From positions 242 to 64,241 of the forward strand of contig CAYPDL010000006.1 in the NCBI GenBank assembly GCA_964409475.1: a stretch of 64,000 nucleotides of DNA, written 5' to 3'. The notes below the pieces were generated by a model. That model saw only the letters and a program-made list of their open reading frames with translations, made no database searches and was not told the origin of the DNA. The stretch's first letter is position 1. Each line of letters begins with the position of its first letter. This stretch comes from an uncultured Desulfobacteraceae bacterium. GTDB taxonomy: Bacteria; Desulfobacterota; DSM-4660; Desulfatiglandales; Desulfatiglandaceae. The translations under genes were made by a program, and so were the position numbers. Positions 1 to 7,715 of this stretch are shown piece by piece.

Positions 1-139
1 TCTTACAGAAAGGGTCCTGGACCATCTCGTCGACAGATCCGCCCTCGGCAGGCGGTTCGGTCCTTTGACCTGGGGCAAGATATTTCCGCACCAGACGATA
101 TGCAATATAGGCCAGGAATATAAGAATCAGAAGCCGCAT
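1..139 (-). CDS. small membrane protein, 5' part only (gene continues past window start)
   Basis: ATG at 139..137 overlaps the folK stop (TGATG). Translates MRLLILIFLAYIAYRLVRKYLAPGQRTEPPAEGGSVDEMVQDPFCK, one hydrophobic helix followed by a D-P-x-C tail. Missing from the ORF track only because the window edge truncates it. Confidence 0.4.
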   Translation of the reverse strand, partial: MRLLILIFLAYIAYRLVRKYLAPGQRTEPPAEGGSVDEMVQDPFCK

Positions 140-657
140 CAGATGTCACTCAAGGGGATGACGGCCTGCCCTTCTACACTCAGATCGTCCATCAGCTCAG
201 ACATGCTCCTCCTCTGGACCGGATGAAGCAATCCCGGATTCAATTGCACCATCGGCATGAGGACGAACCTTCTTTGATGCATCAACGGGTGCGGAACCTT
301 CAGGTCGCTCTCTTCAATTACGTCATTTCCATAGAGGAGAATATCGAGATCAATGATACGGGGTTCCCATTTCTGCCGTCGAACCCTCCCCATGTCTGAC
401 TCGATAGATAGAAGAGACCTCAGCAGCTCATGCGGGCCAAGGGTCGTTTCAATCCGGATAACCCCATTTACATACCAGTCCTGAAATGTCGCACCCACCG
501 GCTCGGTCCGATAAAACTGGGATATCTCCGCCACTGTGCAATCATCAAGATGATTAATTAAATCAATTGCTTTACGGCAATTATTCAATGTTTTTCCTAC
601 ATTCGAGCCGACCCCGATATAGGCCGTCTCTGCCGCGGATGAAGGCGCTTCAGGCAC
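139..657 (-). CDS. folK: 2-amino-4-hydroxy-6-hydroxymethyldihydropteridine diphosphokinase (HPPK)
   Basis: 172-aa ORF. N-terminal AYIGVGSNVG, then YRTEPVG and RIIDLDILLYG motifs typical of HPPK. Abuts the dapL stop. Confidence 0.85.
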   Translation of the reverse strand: MPEAPSSAAETAYIGVGSNVGKTLNNCRKAIDLINHLDDCTVAEISQFYRTEPVGATFQDWYVNGVIRIETTLGPHELLRSLLSIESDMGRVRRQKWEPRIIDLDILLYGNDVIEESDLKVPHPLMHQRRFVLMPMVQLNPGLLHPVQRRSMSELMDDLSVEGQAVIPLSDI

Positions 658-1827
658 CTAAAACCTCATCCCTTTCACCCTACCCAGGGCCTCTGCCAGT
701 CTTCCCTTCTTCTGGGTCAGCGCGATCCGGAAATACCCCTCTCCGGGTTCTCCAAACCCATTGCCCGGGGTCACCACAACCCCTGCCTCTTCCAAAAACC
801 GGGTGGCCAATTGCGTTGAGGTGTAACCTTGCGGCACAGTTACCCACAAGTAGAAGGTCGCCCTTGGAGACGTCACCTCAAATCCTGCATCTCTGAGACC
901 CCGAACCATCATGTCCCGGCGCCCCTGGTAAACCTGCGTCATCTCTCTCACACAGGAATTATCACCCCTGAGGGCCTCGATCCCGGCCCTCTGAACGGCC
1001 TGAAAGACACCGGAATCGATGTTGCTCTTGATTGCGCCCAGGCCCTCCATCCCTTTTTGATTCCCTACGGCGAACCCGATCCGCCATCCAGTCATGTTGT
1101 AGGTCTTTGAGAGGGAATGGAACTCCATGCCGACCTCTTTGGCACCCTCTGCCTGTAAAAAACTCGGCGCCCGGTAACCATTGAAGGCCATCTCCGTGTA
1201 GGCCGCGTCGTGGCAGACCATGATGTCGAATTTTCGCGCAAAGGCCACCACCTCCTCAAAGAATGAAAGGTCCGCAACCGCAGCAGTCGGGTTATTTGGG
1301 TAGCTGATGAACAGCATCCGAGCACGCTTTGCCACAGATTCGGGAATCTCTTTTAAATCAGGGAGATAATTGTTTTTGCTTACCAACGGCATAAAAAAAG
1401 AGTCACCCCCGGCAAAGAGCGTGGCAATATGGTAGACCGGGTATGCGGGGGTGGGGACCAGGGCAATATCGCCGGGATCGATAAAGGCAAGTGGAAGATG
1501 GGCCAGCCCCTCCTTGCTCCCGATGAGCGAGACCACCTCTCTTTCGGGATCCAGATCGACCCCGAACCGCTCCTGATACCAGCCGGCGACCGCGTCCTTG
1601 AAATCGTTCATGCCGGAATAGGACGGGTACCTGTGGTTTGCCGGGTCATCAACCGCCCGCTTCATCTCCTCAATAATGTGCTGAGGGGTAGGCAGATCGG
1701 GGTCTCCTACGCCCAGATCGATAATGTCGACCCCTTTAGCCCTGATCTCGGCCTTTTTCCGGTCAATCTCCTTGAAAAGATAGGGTGGCACTTGCCGTAA
1801 TCGTTCGGCCTTCTCAAACAATTTCAT
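658..1827 (-). CDS. dapL: LL-diaminopimelate aminotransferase-type class I aminotransferase
   Basis: 389-aa ORF. N-terminus is PPYLFKEIDRKKAE..GVDIIDLGVGDPDLPTP. PLP-lysine motif SLSKTYNMTGWRIG. Lies next to dapB. Confidence 0.75.
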   Translation of the reverse strand: MKLFEKAERLRQVPPYLFKEIDRKKAEIRAKGVDIIDLGVGDPDLPTPQHIIEEMKRAVDDPANHRYPSYSGMNDFKDAVAGWYQERFGVDLDPEREVVSLIGSKEGLAHLPLAFIDPGDIALVPTPAYPVYHIATLFAGGDSFFMPLVSKNNYLPDLKEIPESVAKRARMLFISYPNNPTAAVADLSFFEEVVAFARKFDIMVCHDAAYTEMAFNGYRAPSFLQAEGAKEVGMEFHSLSKTYNMTGWRIGFAVGNQKGMEGLGAIKSNIDSGVFQAVQRAGIEALRGDNSCVREMTQVYQGRRDMMVRGLRDAGFEVTSPRATFYLWVTVPQGYTSTQLATRFLEEAGVVVTPGNGFGEPGEGYFRIALTQKKGRLAEALGRVKGMRF

Positions 1828-1901
1828 ATAATCCTTTCCAAATTTTCACAACTTTAGGCCCTTCGTTTGAATCCTATCACAAAAAACAAGAAATTTTTTT
1901 G

Positions 1902-2004
1902 CCTCTTTGTGGCTCTGTGCCTCTGTGTGAGATATTTTTGGTTGCGGGTATGGCCCGCATTAGACACATTAGCTCACTTTAGTCACTTCACACTTGTCAC
2001 TTCA
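1902..2004. repeat. tandem-word tracts in the dapL/dapB spacer
   Basis: 8-nt period at 1902-1933 (cctctttg tggctctg tgcctctg tgtgagat). 7-nt period at 1984-2004 (cacttca cacttgt cacttca). The last unit overlaps the dapB stop codon. 1969-1981 is the reverse complement of 32495-32507. Confidence 0.85.
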
Positions 2005-2800
2005 ATCCTAACACATCCTGCATGTCATAGAGGCCCCGGGGTTGATGCACCACCCACAGGGCCGCTCTCACGGCCCCCCGGGCAAAATTATCCCGGTTAT
2101 GGGCCCTGTGGATCAGTTCCAGTCGCTCGCCGATCCCGCCGAACATCACCGTGTGCTCGCCGGTAATGTCCCCGGCCCGCCAGGTCTGGATCCCGATCTC
2201 CTCACGGGTCCTTTCACCGATCATCCCCTTCCGTTCGTAGACCCCTACCCTTTCGAGGTCCCTGTTGGAGGCGTCGGCCAGGATCCGGGCCAGACGCATG
2301 GCCGTCCCGCTCGGGGCATCCTTTTTCAGCCGGTGATGCACCTCCAGGATCTCCATATCATAATCGGACCCCAGGATCCGGGCCATCTCCCCGGCTATCT
2401 TGAACATGACGTTGACGCCAACGCTCATGTTGGGGGCCAAGACACACCGGATTTTTCCGGCAAGGGTCTCCACCTCCTTCAGCACGTCTCCGGTGATGCC
2501 GGTAGTCCCGATAACCATGGCAAGGCCCTTATCGGCAGCAATCCTCATATTATCAAGGGTAGCCTGGGGAGAGGTGAAATCTATCAGCACATCCGCCTGC
2601 TCGGCCGATTTCTGCATAGCGCCTGCAATCGTGACGCCGAGCTCACCAACGCCGGCCAAAAGGCCCGCGTCCTGGCCGACACACGGGTGCTCGGGATGTT
2701 CAAATGCACCGCTCAATGTTGTTTCCGGATTCTGATGAATCATATGAATGATTCGTTGCCCCATCCGACCGGCAGCACCGGCAACCGTAACTTGGATCAT
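1997..2800 (-). CDS. dapB: 4-hydroxy-tetrahydrodipicolinate reductase
   Basis: 267-aa ORF. N-terminal VAGAAGRMG dinucleotide fold and the DapB signature EVHHRLKKDAPSGTA. Confidence 0.92.
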   Translation of the reverse strand: MIQVTVAGAAGRMGQRIIHMIHQNPETTLSGAFEHPEHPCVGQDAGLLAGVGELGVTIAGAMQKSAEQADVLIDFTSPQATLDNMRIAADKGLAMVIGTTGITGDVLKEVETLAGKIRCVLAPNMSVGVNVMFKIAGEMARILGSDYDMEILEVHHRLKKDAPSGTAMRLARILADASNRDLERVGVYERKGMIGERTREEIGIQTWRAGDITGEHTVMFGGIGERLELIHRAHNRDNFARGAVRAALWVVHQPRGLYDMQDVLGLK

Positions 2801-3024
2801 ATCTCCCCCCCGTGAAAAAATCAGGGCCAGTTCTCCACCCCTAACATCTGGTCTGAGGCAAGGCCCGGAAAAGAGTCCATGTGGTCACAGGATCTCCGTA
2901 ACGCCATAAGGCCCCCTGTTTTGTCTTTGTACCGAAAATCTCCGTCGTTTTCAACGAAATTCAGAAAGATTTCGAAAGATGCCGATATTACGCCTGACAG
3001 CTTAAGGCCTCCGTGACGTCCTCT

Positions 3025-3171
3025 TCAGTGATGCCCAGGAAATGGAGAATATTTTTCATTATCCACCACTTCAGCCCCGTGCCTTACCAGGACACCTGTC
3101 AGGGTCGCGGTGATTTCGGCCCGATCAGGCCCGGACACGGTCACCATCAGCAGTCTCTTCCTGTCTTCCAT
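3025..3171 (-). pseudogene. truncated ACT-domain ORF (48 codons)
   Basis: Good SD (aaggag, 9 nt upstream) plus ATG. MEDRKRLLMVTVSGPDRAEITATLTGVLVRHGAEVVD looks like the first beta-alpha-beta of an ACT domain, then runs into a stop after about 48 aa. No continuation in the other frames that I could recognise. Confidence 0.35.
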
Positions 3172-3558
3172 CTTCAAGGGCTCCTTATTGTATGGTTAAT
3201 GAAGGAACAGCCTCCGACGGATTGCCGGTATATGATAGTAACCCAGTTTGATTTTCTCGAAAACAAAAAAGTAGCCGACCTTAATCTATTCTCCCGAACA
3301 ATTGCGAAACATCAAAAGGCTTCTAACGAAATCCCACATTTCGAAATCCATATGAAAAAACAGAATTGTTTAAAAACCAGTTCTACCAATCTCGCTTGGC
3401 TCAAGAAGCTGAAAACACTTGGAGCACTTCTGCCAAAGACAGGATCGAGGACCCGCAAACAGCGAACAGCATCCCGCTGCGAGAAGCCAGGAACCGTTTT
3501 TCATTGACTCATAGAGGAGTTAGATATAAACAGCGTAAGGGTTCGCAGGTTCTGGGTT

Positions 3559-3574
3559 TCCCGCTGCAGCGGGA
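3559..3574. promoter_or_regulatory. perfect 16-bp palindrome tcccgctgcagcggga upstream of the Cys-rich ORF
   Basis: Exact dyad read directly from the sequence, about 110 nt upstream of the ATG at 3683. Function unknown. Confidence 0.25.
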
Positions 3575-3682
3575 TTCAAGATTGGAAACTTTGACGATCT
3601 TGAACCCCATATCATCGAGGGTCCCTGCCATTGATGCTGACCCTCGAAAAATGAGTTGTTTTCATAACTCGGGTGAATCGTA

Positions 3683-4186
3683 ATGCAGAAGCAGGATGAA
3701 AACACCGTTTACAATCGCATGGACAGGGCTTTGAGACTCTATCAGGAACATGGAGAGAGCATTCTCGCAACGCCTGAGATGCAGCGGCTCCTGGGCCTCT
3801 ATGATTCTTCCATAGGACATACGCAGGAGACGGTACGACAGGCCGGGATGGCTGCCGCCTGCGGCCTCTGTGCGGAACAGATCGGGAGTTGCTGTTTTGA
3901 GGAGGTGGAGACATGGTACGATCCGATGCTCCTTCTCATCAATCGATTGTTGAGCGCCGATCTCCCCCGATCTCGAGAGATACCGGGCCAGTGCCTCTTC
4001 CTTGGAGAGGAGGGGTGTCGATTGCGGGCCCGCTATTCGTTCTGCCTGAATTATTTCTGCCCCACGCTCAAGCTGCGACTGAGCCCCGGTTTGATGGATA
4101 TCACGCTGGCTGCCATTGGACAGGAGCTTGCCGCTGGATGGGAATTGGAACAGGCGCTGTATCGATGGCTTAAGAAATCGTCCTGA
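3683..4186 (+). CDS. cysteine-cluster protein (YkgJ/CxxCxxCC-like)
   Basis: 167-aa ORF with CGLCAEQIGSCC followed by CLFLGEEGCRL and FCLNYFC. This Cys spacing resembles the putative Zn/Fe-chelating YkgJ family. Confidence 0.5.
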   Translation: MQKQDENTVYNRMDRALRLYQEHGESILATPEMQRLLGLYDSSIGHTQETVRQAGMAAACGLCAEQIGSCCFEEVETWYDPMLLLINRLLSADLPRSREIPGQCLFLGEEGCRLRARYSFCLNYFCPTLKLRLSPGLMDITLAAIGQELAAGWELEQALYRWLKKSS

Positions 4187-4199
4187 AAGGGCGGTCCGA

Positions 4200-4403
4200 A
4201 TGGCCTGCAAATGGTATCATATCTGTCCTCTCAGACGGTTTGAGAGATTGGGTCTGATCGACCGACGCCGGGCAGATGCGTACTGTAAATCCGATGCCCA
4301 TTGGAAGGCATGCAGGCGCTATCAACTTGAGGAAGAGGGAATCCCTCATCCGGACAACCTGTTGCCCGACGGCCGGATATGCCATGAGCTGGTTGCTGAT
4401 TAA
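4200..4403 (+). CDS. small Cys-containing conserved-looking protein (67 aa)
   Basis: Internal ATG of ORF 4116..4403, located 14 nt after the previous stop. MACKWYHICPLRRFERLGLID..YCKSDAHWKACRRY..PHPDNLLPDG. Confidence 0.4.
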   Translation: MACKWYHICPLRRFERLGLIDRRRADAYCKSDAHWKACRRYQLEEEGIPHPDNLLPDGRICHELVAD

Positions 4404-4464
4404 AATGAAACCTCTTGATGAATGTGCCTGATACAAAGCACAACGATCGAACAGCGAGGAATTG

Positions 4465-4689
4465 ATGGAATCTCGTAAAGATCAGGCTTCGGGAGTTTTC
4501 CCACGAAAGCAGACAGTCGCCCTCCTCCTGGCCCTGATTCTGCTCACTGGGTTTGGGTGTTCGGGCGTCCCCCCGGCAGGGGGTAAGCCCCACAATGAAT
4601 CAGCAATCCCGCTGACGGGATTTTCAACCAGCAACCAGAGCGAGTTTCATATGAGTTTCTTGACCTGCTCAGTCAGGGCTGAAGTTTAA
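4465..4689 (+). CDS. possible small secreted/lipoprotein-like ORF
   Basis: Hydrophobic segment VALLLALILLTGFGCSG. Weak start context and no family recognised. Confidence 0.2.
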   Translation: MESRKDQASGVFPRKQTVALLLALILLTGFGCSGVPPAGGKPHNESAIPLTGFSTSNQSEFHMSFLTCSVRAEV

Positions 4690-4708
4690 AAATTTTTCGC
4701 AGTCCCTC

Positions 4709-4737
4709 TTGACAGTTTCGAATTCCGAATTACTTAT
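4709..4737 (+). promoter_or_regulatory. possible promoter upstream of the hsp20 pair
   Basis: TTGACA at 4709-4714, a 17-nt spacer, then a weak -10 (acttat). Followed by a 7-bp hairpin ggacctt/aaggtcc at 4760-4777 in the 115-nt leader. Confidence 0.25.
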
Positions 4738-4853
4738 TTTACAACATTCATGGATCGGTGGACCTTCTGAAAGGTCCTGAAGAGGATGCTGCTTTTGGGG
4801 CTTTTCACCACCAACCAACCTAACCAATTATATAATGAAAGGAGGGATGGTTC

Positions 4854-5321
4854 ATGTTATTGAGAAGAACAGCGAATTCGCCCGCATGGGATTGGACAAG
4901 TCCATTTGAGCAACTGGAACGGTTGAGAAAGCAGATCAACTTGCTTTCTGGCGGGCCCACAGGAGAACGGTTGTGGACTACACCTGCAGCCGGTGTTTTT
5001 CCTCTCATAAACGTCACCGAGGATAAAGACAATTATTACGTCCGTGCCGAGCTTCCCGGTCTCAAGGCAGATGATCTGGAACTCTCTGTGACAGGGGAGA
5101 CCCTCTCCATTTCCGGTGAGAGGAAGATTCCTGCCGAAGACGAGAAGGCCCAATATCATCGAAGGGAAAGGGATGCCGGAAGATTCAGCCGGATTGTCAG
5201 CCTGCCTGCCCAACTGAATACAGGCAAGGTGGAGGCGAGCTGTACGGACGGCGTCCTCGCGGTGACCCTGCCCAAGGCGGAAGAGGCAAAACCCAGGCAG
5301 ATTGCCGTCAAAACATCCTGA
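4854..5321 (+). CDS. Hsp20/alpha-crystallin family small heat-shock protein
   Basis: 155-aa ORF with SD aaggaggg. Alpha-crystallin core YYVRAELPGLKADDLELSV..GVLAVTLPK. Confidence 0.9.
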   Translation: MLLRRTANSPAWDWTSPFEQLERLRKQINLLSGGPTGERLWTTPAAGVFPLINVTEDKDNYYVRAELPGLKADDLELSVTGETLSISGERKIPAEDEKAQYHRRERDAGRFSRIVSLPAQLNTGKVEASCTDGVLAVTLPKAEEAKPRQIAVKTS

Positions 5322-5342
5322 GATGGAAAGGAGGGATATGAC

Positions 5343-5750
5343 ATGACGGATATGGATAGAAAAGCCCTTCAGGCAAAAGAAAAAGCAGAGGTGACCACGC
5401 CTGGCGAGCAGACCCGGCCGGGGCTGGTTTTCACGCCGGCGGTGGATATATTTGAAACCGAAAAGGAGATCACCCTCCTGGCCGATATGCCTGGGGTGAA
5501 ATCCGGAGACCTGGATATTGATCTTCGCGACAATATGCTTACCCTGCACGGCGACGTGAAATCGCCCGAAGGGGCCGACGAGGTCGATGTTATCAGGGAG
5601 TACCGCACAGGCAAATACTACAGACAGTTCACGCTGTCACAGGTCATTGATCAGCCAAAGATAGACGCTGAATTGAAGGACGGGGTCCTTCGTCTGCGGC
5701 TTCCAAAGGTTGAAGCGGCAACCCCCCGCAGGATCGCAATAAAGAGTTGA
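5343..5750 (+). CDS. Hsp20/alpha-crystallin family small heat-shock protein
   Basis: 135-aa ORF, second tandem copy. ITLLADMPGVKSGDLDIDL..GVLRLRLPK. Confidence 0.9.
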   Translation: MTDMDRKALQAKEKAEVTTPGEQTRPGLVFTPAVDIFETEKEITLLADMPGVKSGDLDIDLRDNMLTLHGDVKSPEGADEVDVIREYRTGKYYRQFTLSQVIDQPKIDAELKDGVLRLRLPKVEAATPRRIAIKS

Positions 5751-6045
5751 TCAATCCTGAAATTGCTCAGAGCGGCGAGTTGATGCATAAAAATCAGGCC
5801 AACTCCTTAGCCAATCGCCGCTCTGGGGTCCTCCTCACACATGTAAAATCTTTCCTTTAACTCCTTGGACGATAGTCCGAACTCTTTTCTTCCACGGATC
5901 TGGACATCAGGGATCAGGTTGGCCTTCCCCTCTGGAACTGCTCAAAAATGGAGACAAAGGGCAGGGTTGTACAAGCCTCCCTCGGTGACGGACGGGTGGT
6001 GATCATCGAGATTCAGAGCCTGGTGATTCTCCTTGATAACGTCAA

Positions 6046-6285
6046 TCACTCAGGTAGAACCAGATTCCAATAGGTTGCCGACCTTTCGTCAAGAATACCC
6101 GGAGGTCGTCCATTTAAAGCTTGCCGGAATTGCCGGTCCGAAAAATGCCGGCGCATGGTCGGTATATCTGTGTCGAGACAGTATTGCATGAAATACACAA
6201 GAAACCGGTCTTTGTCGCGAATCAGTTTCTCGGGCGACTCAAACCAATTTACACGCAGGGCGATCTGTCTGAGTTGTTCGTTCAT
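6046..6285 (-). CDS. small hypothetical protein downstream of the AbiEii-like gene
   Basis: Internal ATG (MNEQLRQIALRVNWFESPEKL...) 30 nt after the upstream stop. The longer 107-aa version would overlap the upstream gene by 55 nt. No family recognised. Confidence 0.45.
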   Translation of the reverse strand: MNEQLRQIALRVNWFESPEKLIRDKDRFLVYFMQYCLDTDIPTMRRHFSDRQFRQALNGRPPGILDERSATYWNLVLPE

Positions 6286-6314
6286 GGTCACAAATGGTTG
6301 GGATCCTGCTGAAT

Positions 6315-6980
6315 TTATTGTCCAATAATGCCCGTACAGGCCATTTCGGGGATATTGGCGAGGTCGCATGTTTTCACTTTTAAGATCAAATCCTTTTTGA
6401 TGTCATCAGCCAATGTCATGACGTTGCCGTTTTCAAAAAAGCAGAGCGCCTTCAATGTCAAAATCGAATTGTATTGCCGCCCATAAATCGCCCGCGCGGC
6501 GCCGATGCCGTGCTCCAGGGTCAGATCTGTCTTTGTTATGATCGAATGAATATCAATATAGTCTTTGGCCTCCGCCCGTTGGCTCACCGTAGCACATTTC
6601 ATCCCCAGCAAATCCACAAGGGAAGCGACGGATAATCCATTAGCCGCCTTGTCAGGCCGATGAATCTGTCCAAGTCTCAGTCCGCCGAAAAAACTTAATT
6701 TGACCGGTCGATCAAAACCGGCGACCGTCATCAACAGGGTAAGGGTATTATAACTTTCCTGCAACCGCCTCCCCAGGCCCAGAAAATCCATTTCTCGCAC
6801 CAACTGATCCGTCGTAAAATCAGTGCTGGTGAAAAAGTCAAAGTCAACGGACTCACGATGAGCAATACGCAAGGCAATTGCCGTGCCCCCATATAGCACG
6901 AAACGCGCCGACACCTTCCCCAATAGGGGCCAGAGTTCCTTCTGAACCTGGGATAAGATCGATAATCGAAATATTTCCAT
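6315..6980 (-). CDS. AbiEii/AbiGii-type nucleotidyltransferase (DUF1814-like)
   Basis: FVLYGGTAIALRIAHRESVDFDFF has the GG[TS] plus DxD nucleotidyltransferase motifs in the arrangement typical of AbiEii toxins, with a later AKDYIDIHSI. Start taken at ATG 6980 (MEIFRLS). The ORF track extends to a TTG at 7019. Confidence 0.6.
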   Translation of the reverse strand: MEIFRLSILSQVQKELWPLLGKVSARFVLYGGTAIALRIAHRESVDFDFFTSTDFTTDQLVREMDFLGLGRRLQESYNTLTLLMTVAGFDRPVKLSFFGGLRLGQIHRPDKAANGLSVASLVDLLGMKCATVSQRAEAKDYIDIHSIITKTDLTLEHGIGAARAIYGRQYNSILTLKALCFFENGNVMTLADDIKKDLILKVKTCDLANIPEMACTGIIGQ

Positions 6981-7128
6981 TATGTTATCACCATTGATGA
7001 CACCACGGGCGATGCCCAAAGCCCAACGGTTCCCGAGAATTCATGACGTTCCGATTTCCCGTTGACTGTTTAATCCATCGAAACCATACCACAATCGACA
7101 TTTTTTTCAAACACGAAACAGACAAATA

Positions 7129-7261
7129 CAGCAATTCTCATTTTGCGATTGAATAGTCCGTATCGCGCCGTTTGAAGTGTCGCCGTAAGGCGATTTTTTA
7201 GGGCCTACGGCCCCACTACAAGCCTATCACATCACTGCGGAAGGCAAAATGAGAATTGCTG
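7129..7261. mobile_element. MITE-like element: perfect 18-bp terminal inverted repeats plus a 9-bp flanking direct repeat
   Basis: cagcaattctcattttgc (7129-7146) is the exact reverse complement of 7244-7261. The flanks agacaaata (7120-7128) and aaacaaata (7262-7270) match 8/9. The 97-nt interior has no ORF. Confidence 0.6.
7180..7199 (+). terminator. intrinsic-terminator-like hairpin inside the MITE-like element
   Basis: tcgcc-gtaa-ggcga followed by T6. A second tight GC hairpin gggcc-tac-ggccc lies at 7201-7213. Confidence 0.4.
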
Positions 7262-7545
7262 AAACAAATAGTACGATTCATTGTTTTGATGATATGCAGC
7301 ATGGTGGATCTGAAGTTGGCATAAACGTCACGGAAGGACAGGATGTCGGTCAACAAGAATCTTGTCCAGTTTTTCTTCCCTGAACGGCCCCCTTCCCTAT
7401 CTCCTTGGTTATAAGAAGGGGTTCGACGCTCTCTTAACAGGGATAGATTTGCACTTTCAAACAGATCAGGTTTATGGTATGGTTACACCCGCTACCGGAA
7501 CCGCCCGGGGAGCAAACAGAATGAAACTGGTTTCGAGGACCTAAG

Positions 7546-7710
7546 ATGGAAGTGCCTATTTCAAAAAAAACATTTATTGTTGAGGACGATCCCGATTCAG
7601 TCAACTTTGCCCGGCGGATCCTGGAAGATCATGGCTACCAGGATAAACCGATTGAACCTGACAAACTGATCAGGACGATCAGGAAAATCATAACTGAAGG
7701 AGATATGTAG
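7546..7710 (+). pseudogene. gutted response-regulator receiver domain (54 aa)
   Basis: MEVPISKKTFIVEDDPDSVNFARRILEDHGYQ (beta1-alpha1 of REC) is joined directly to DKPIEPDKLIRTIRKII (the K-P ... alpha5 end of REC). The phospho-accepting Asp region is absent. Confidence 0.5.
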
Positions 7711-7715
7711 AAAAG

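Noticed and set aside
3395-3425. Sigma-54-like motifs at about 3408-3422 (TGGAGCACTTCTGCC), at 61412-61425 (TGGC-T8-GC) and near 9290-9310 (TGGATACTGGTTTCT).
   Set aside because: The GG-to-GC spacing is off by one nt, or the -12 GC is missing. Only the 60676-60691 site fits the consensus spacing.
3013-4210. ORFs 3013-3507(+), 3366-3683(+), 3612-3914(-), 3662-4210(-) and 3913-4173(+).
   Set aside because: They overlap each other or the better-supported Cys-cluster ORF 3683-4186. They have no SD sequences or motifs, and their translations are Arg/Ser/Pro-rich.
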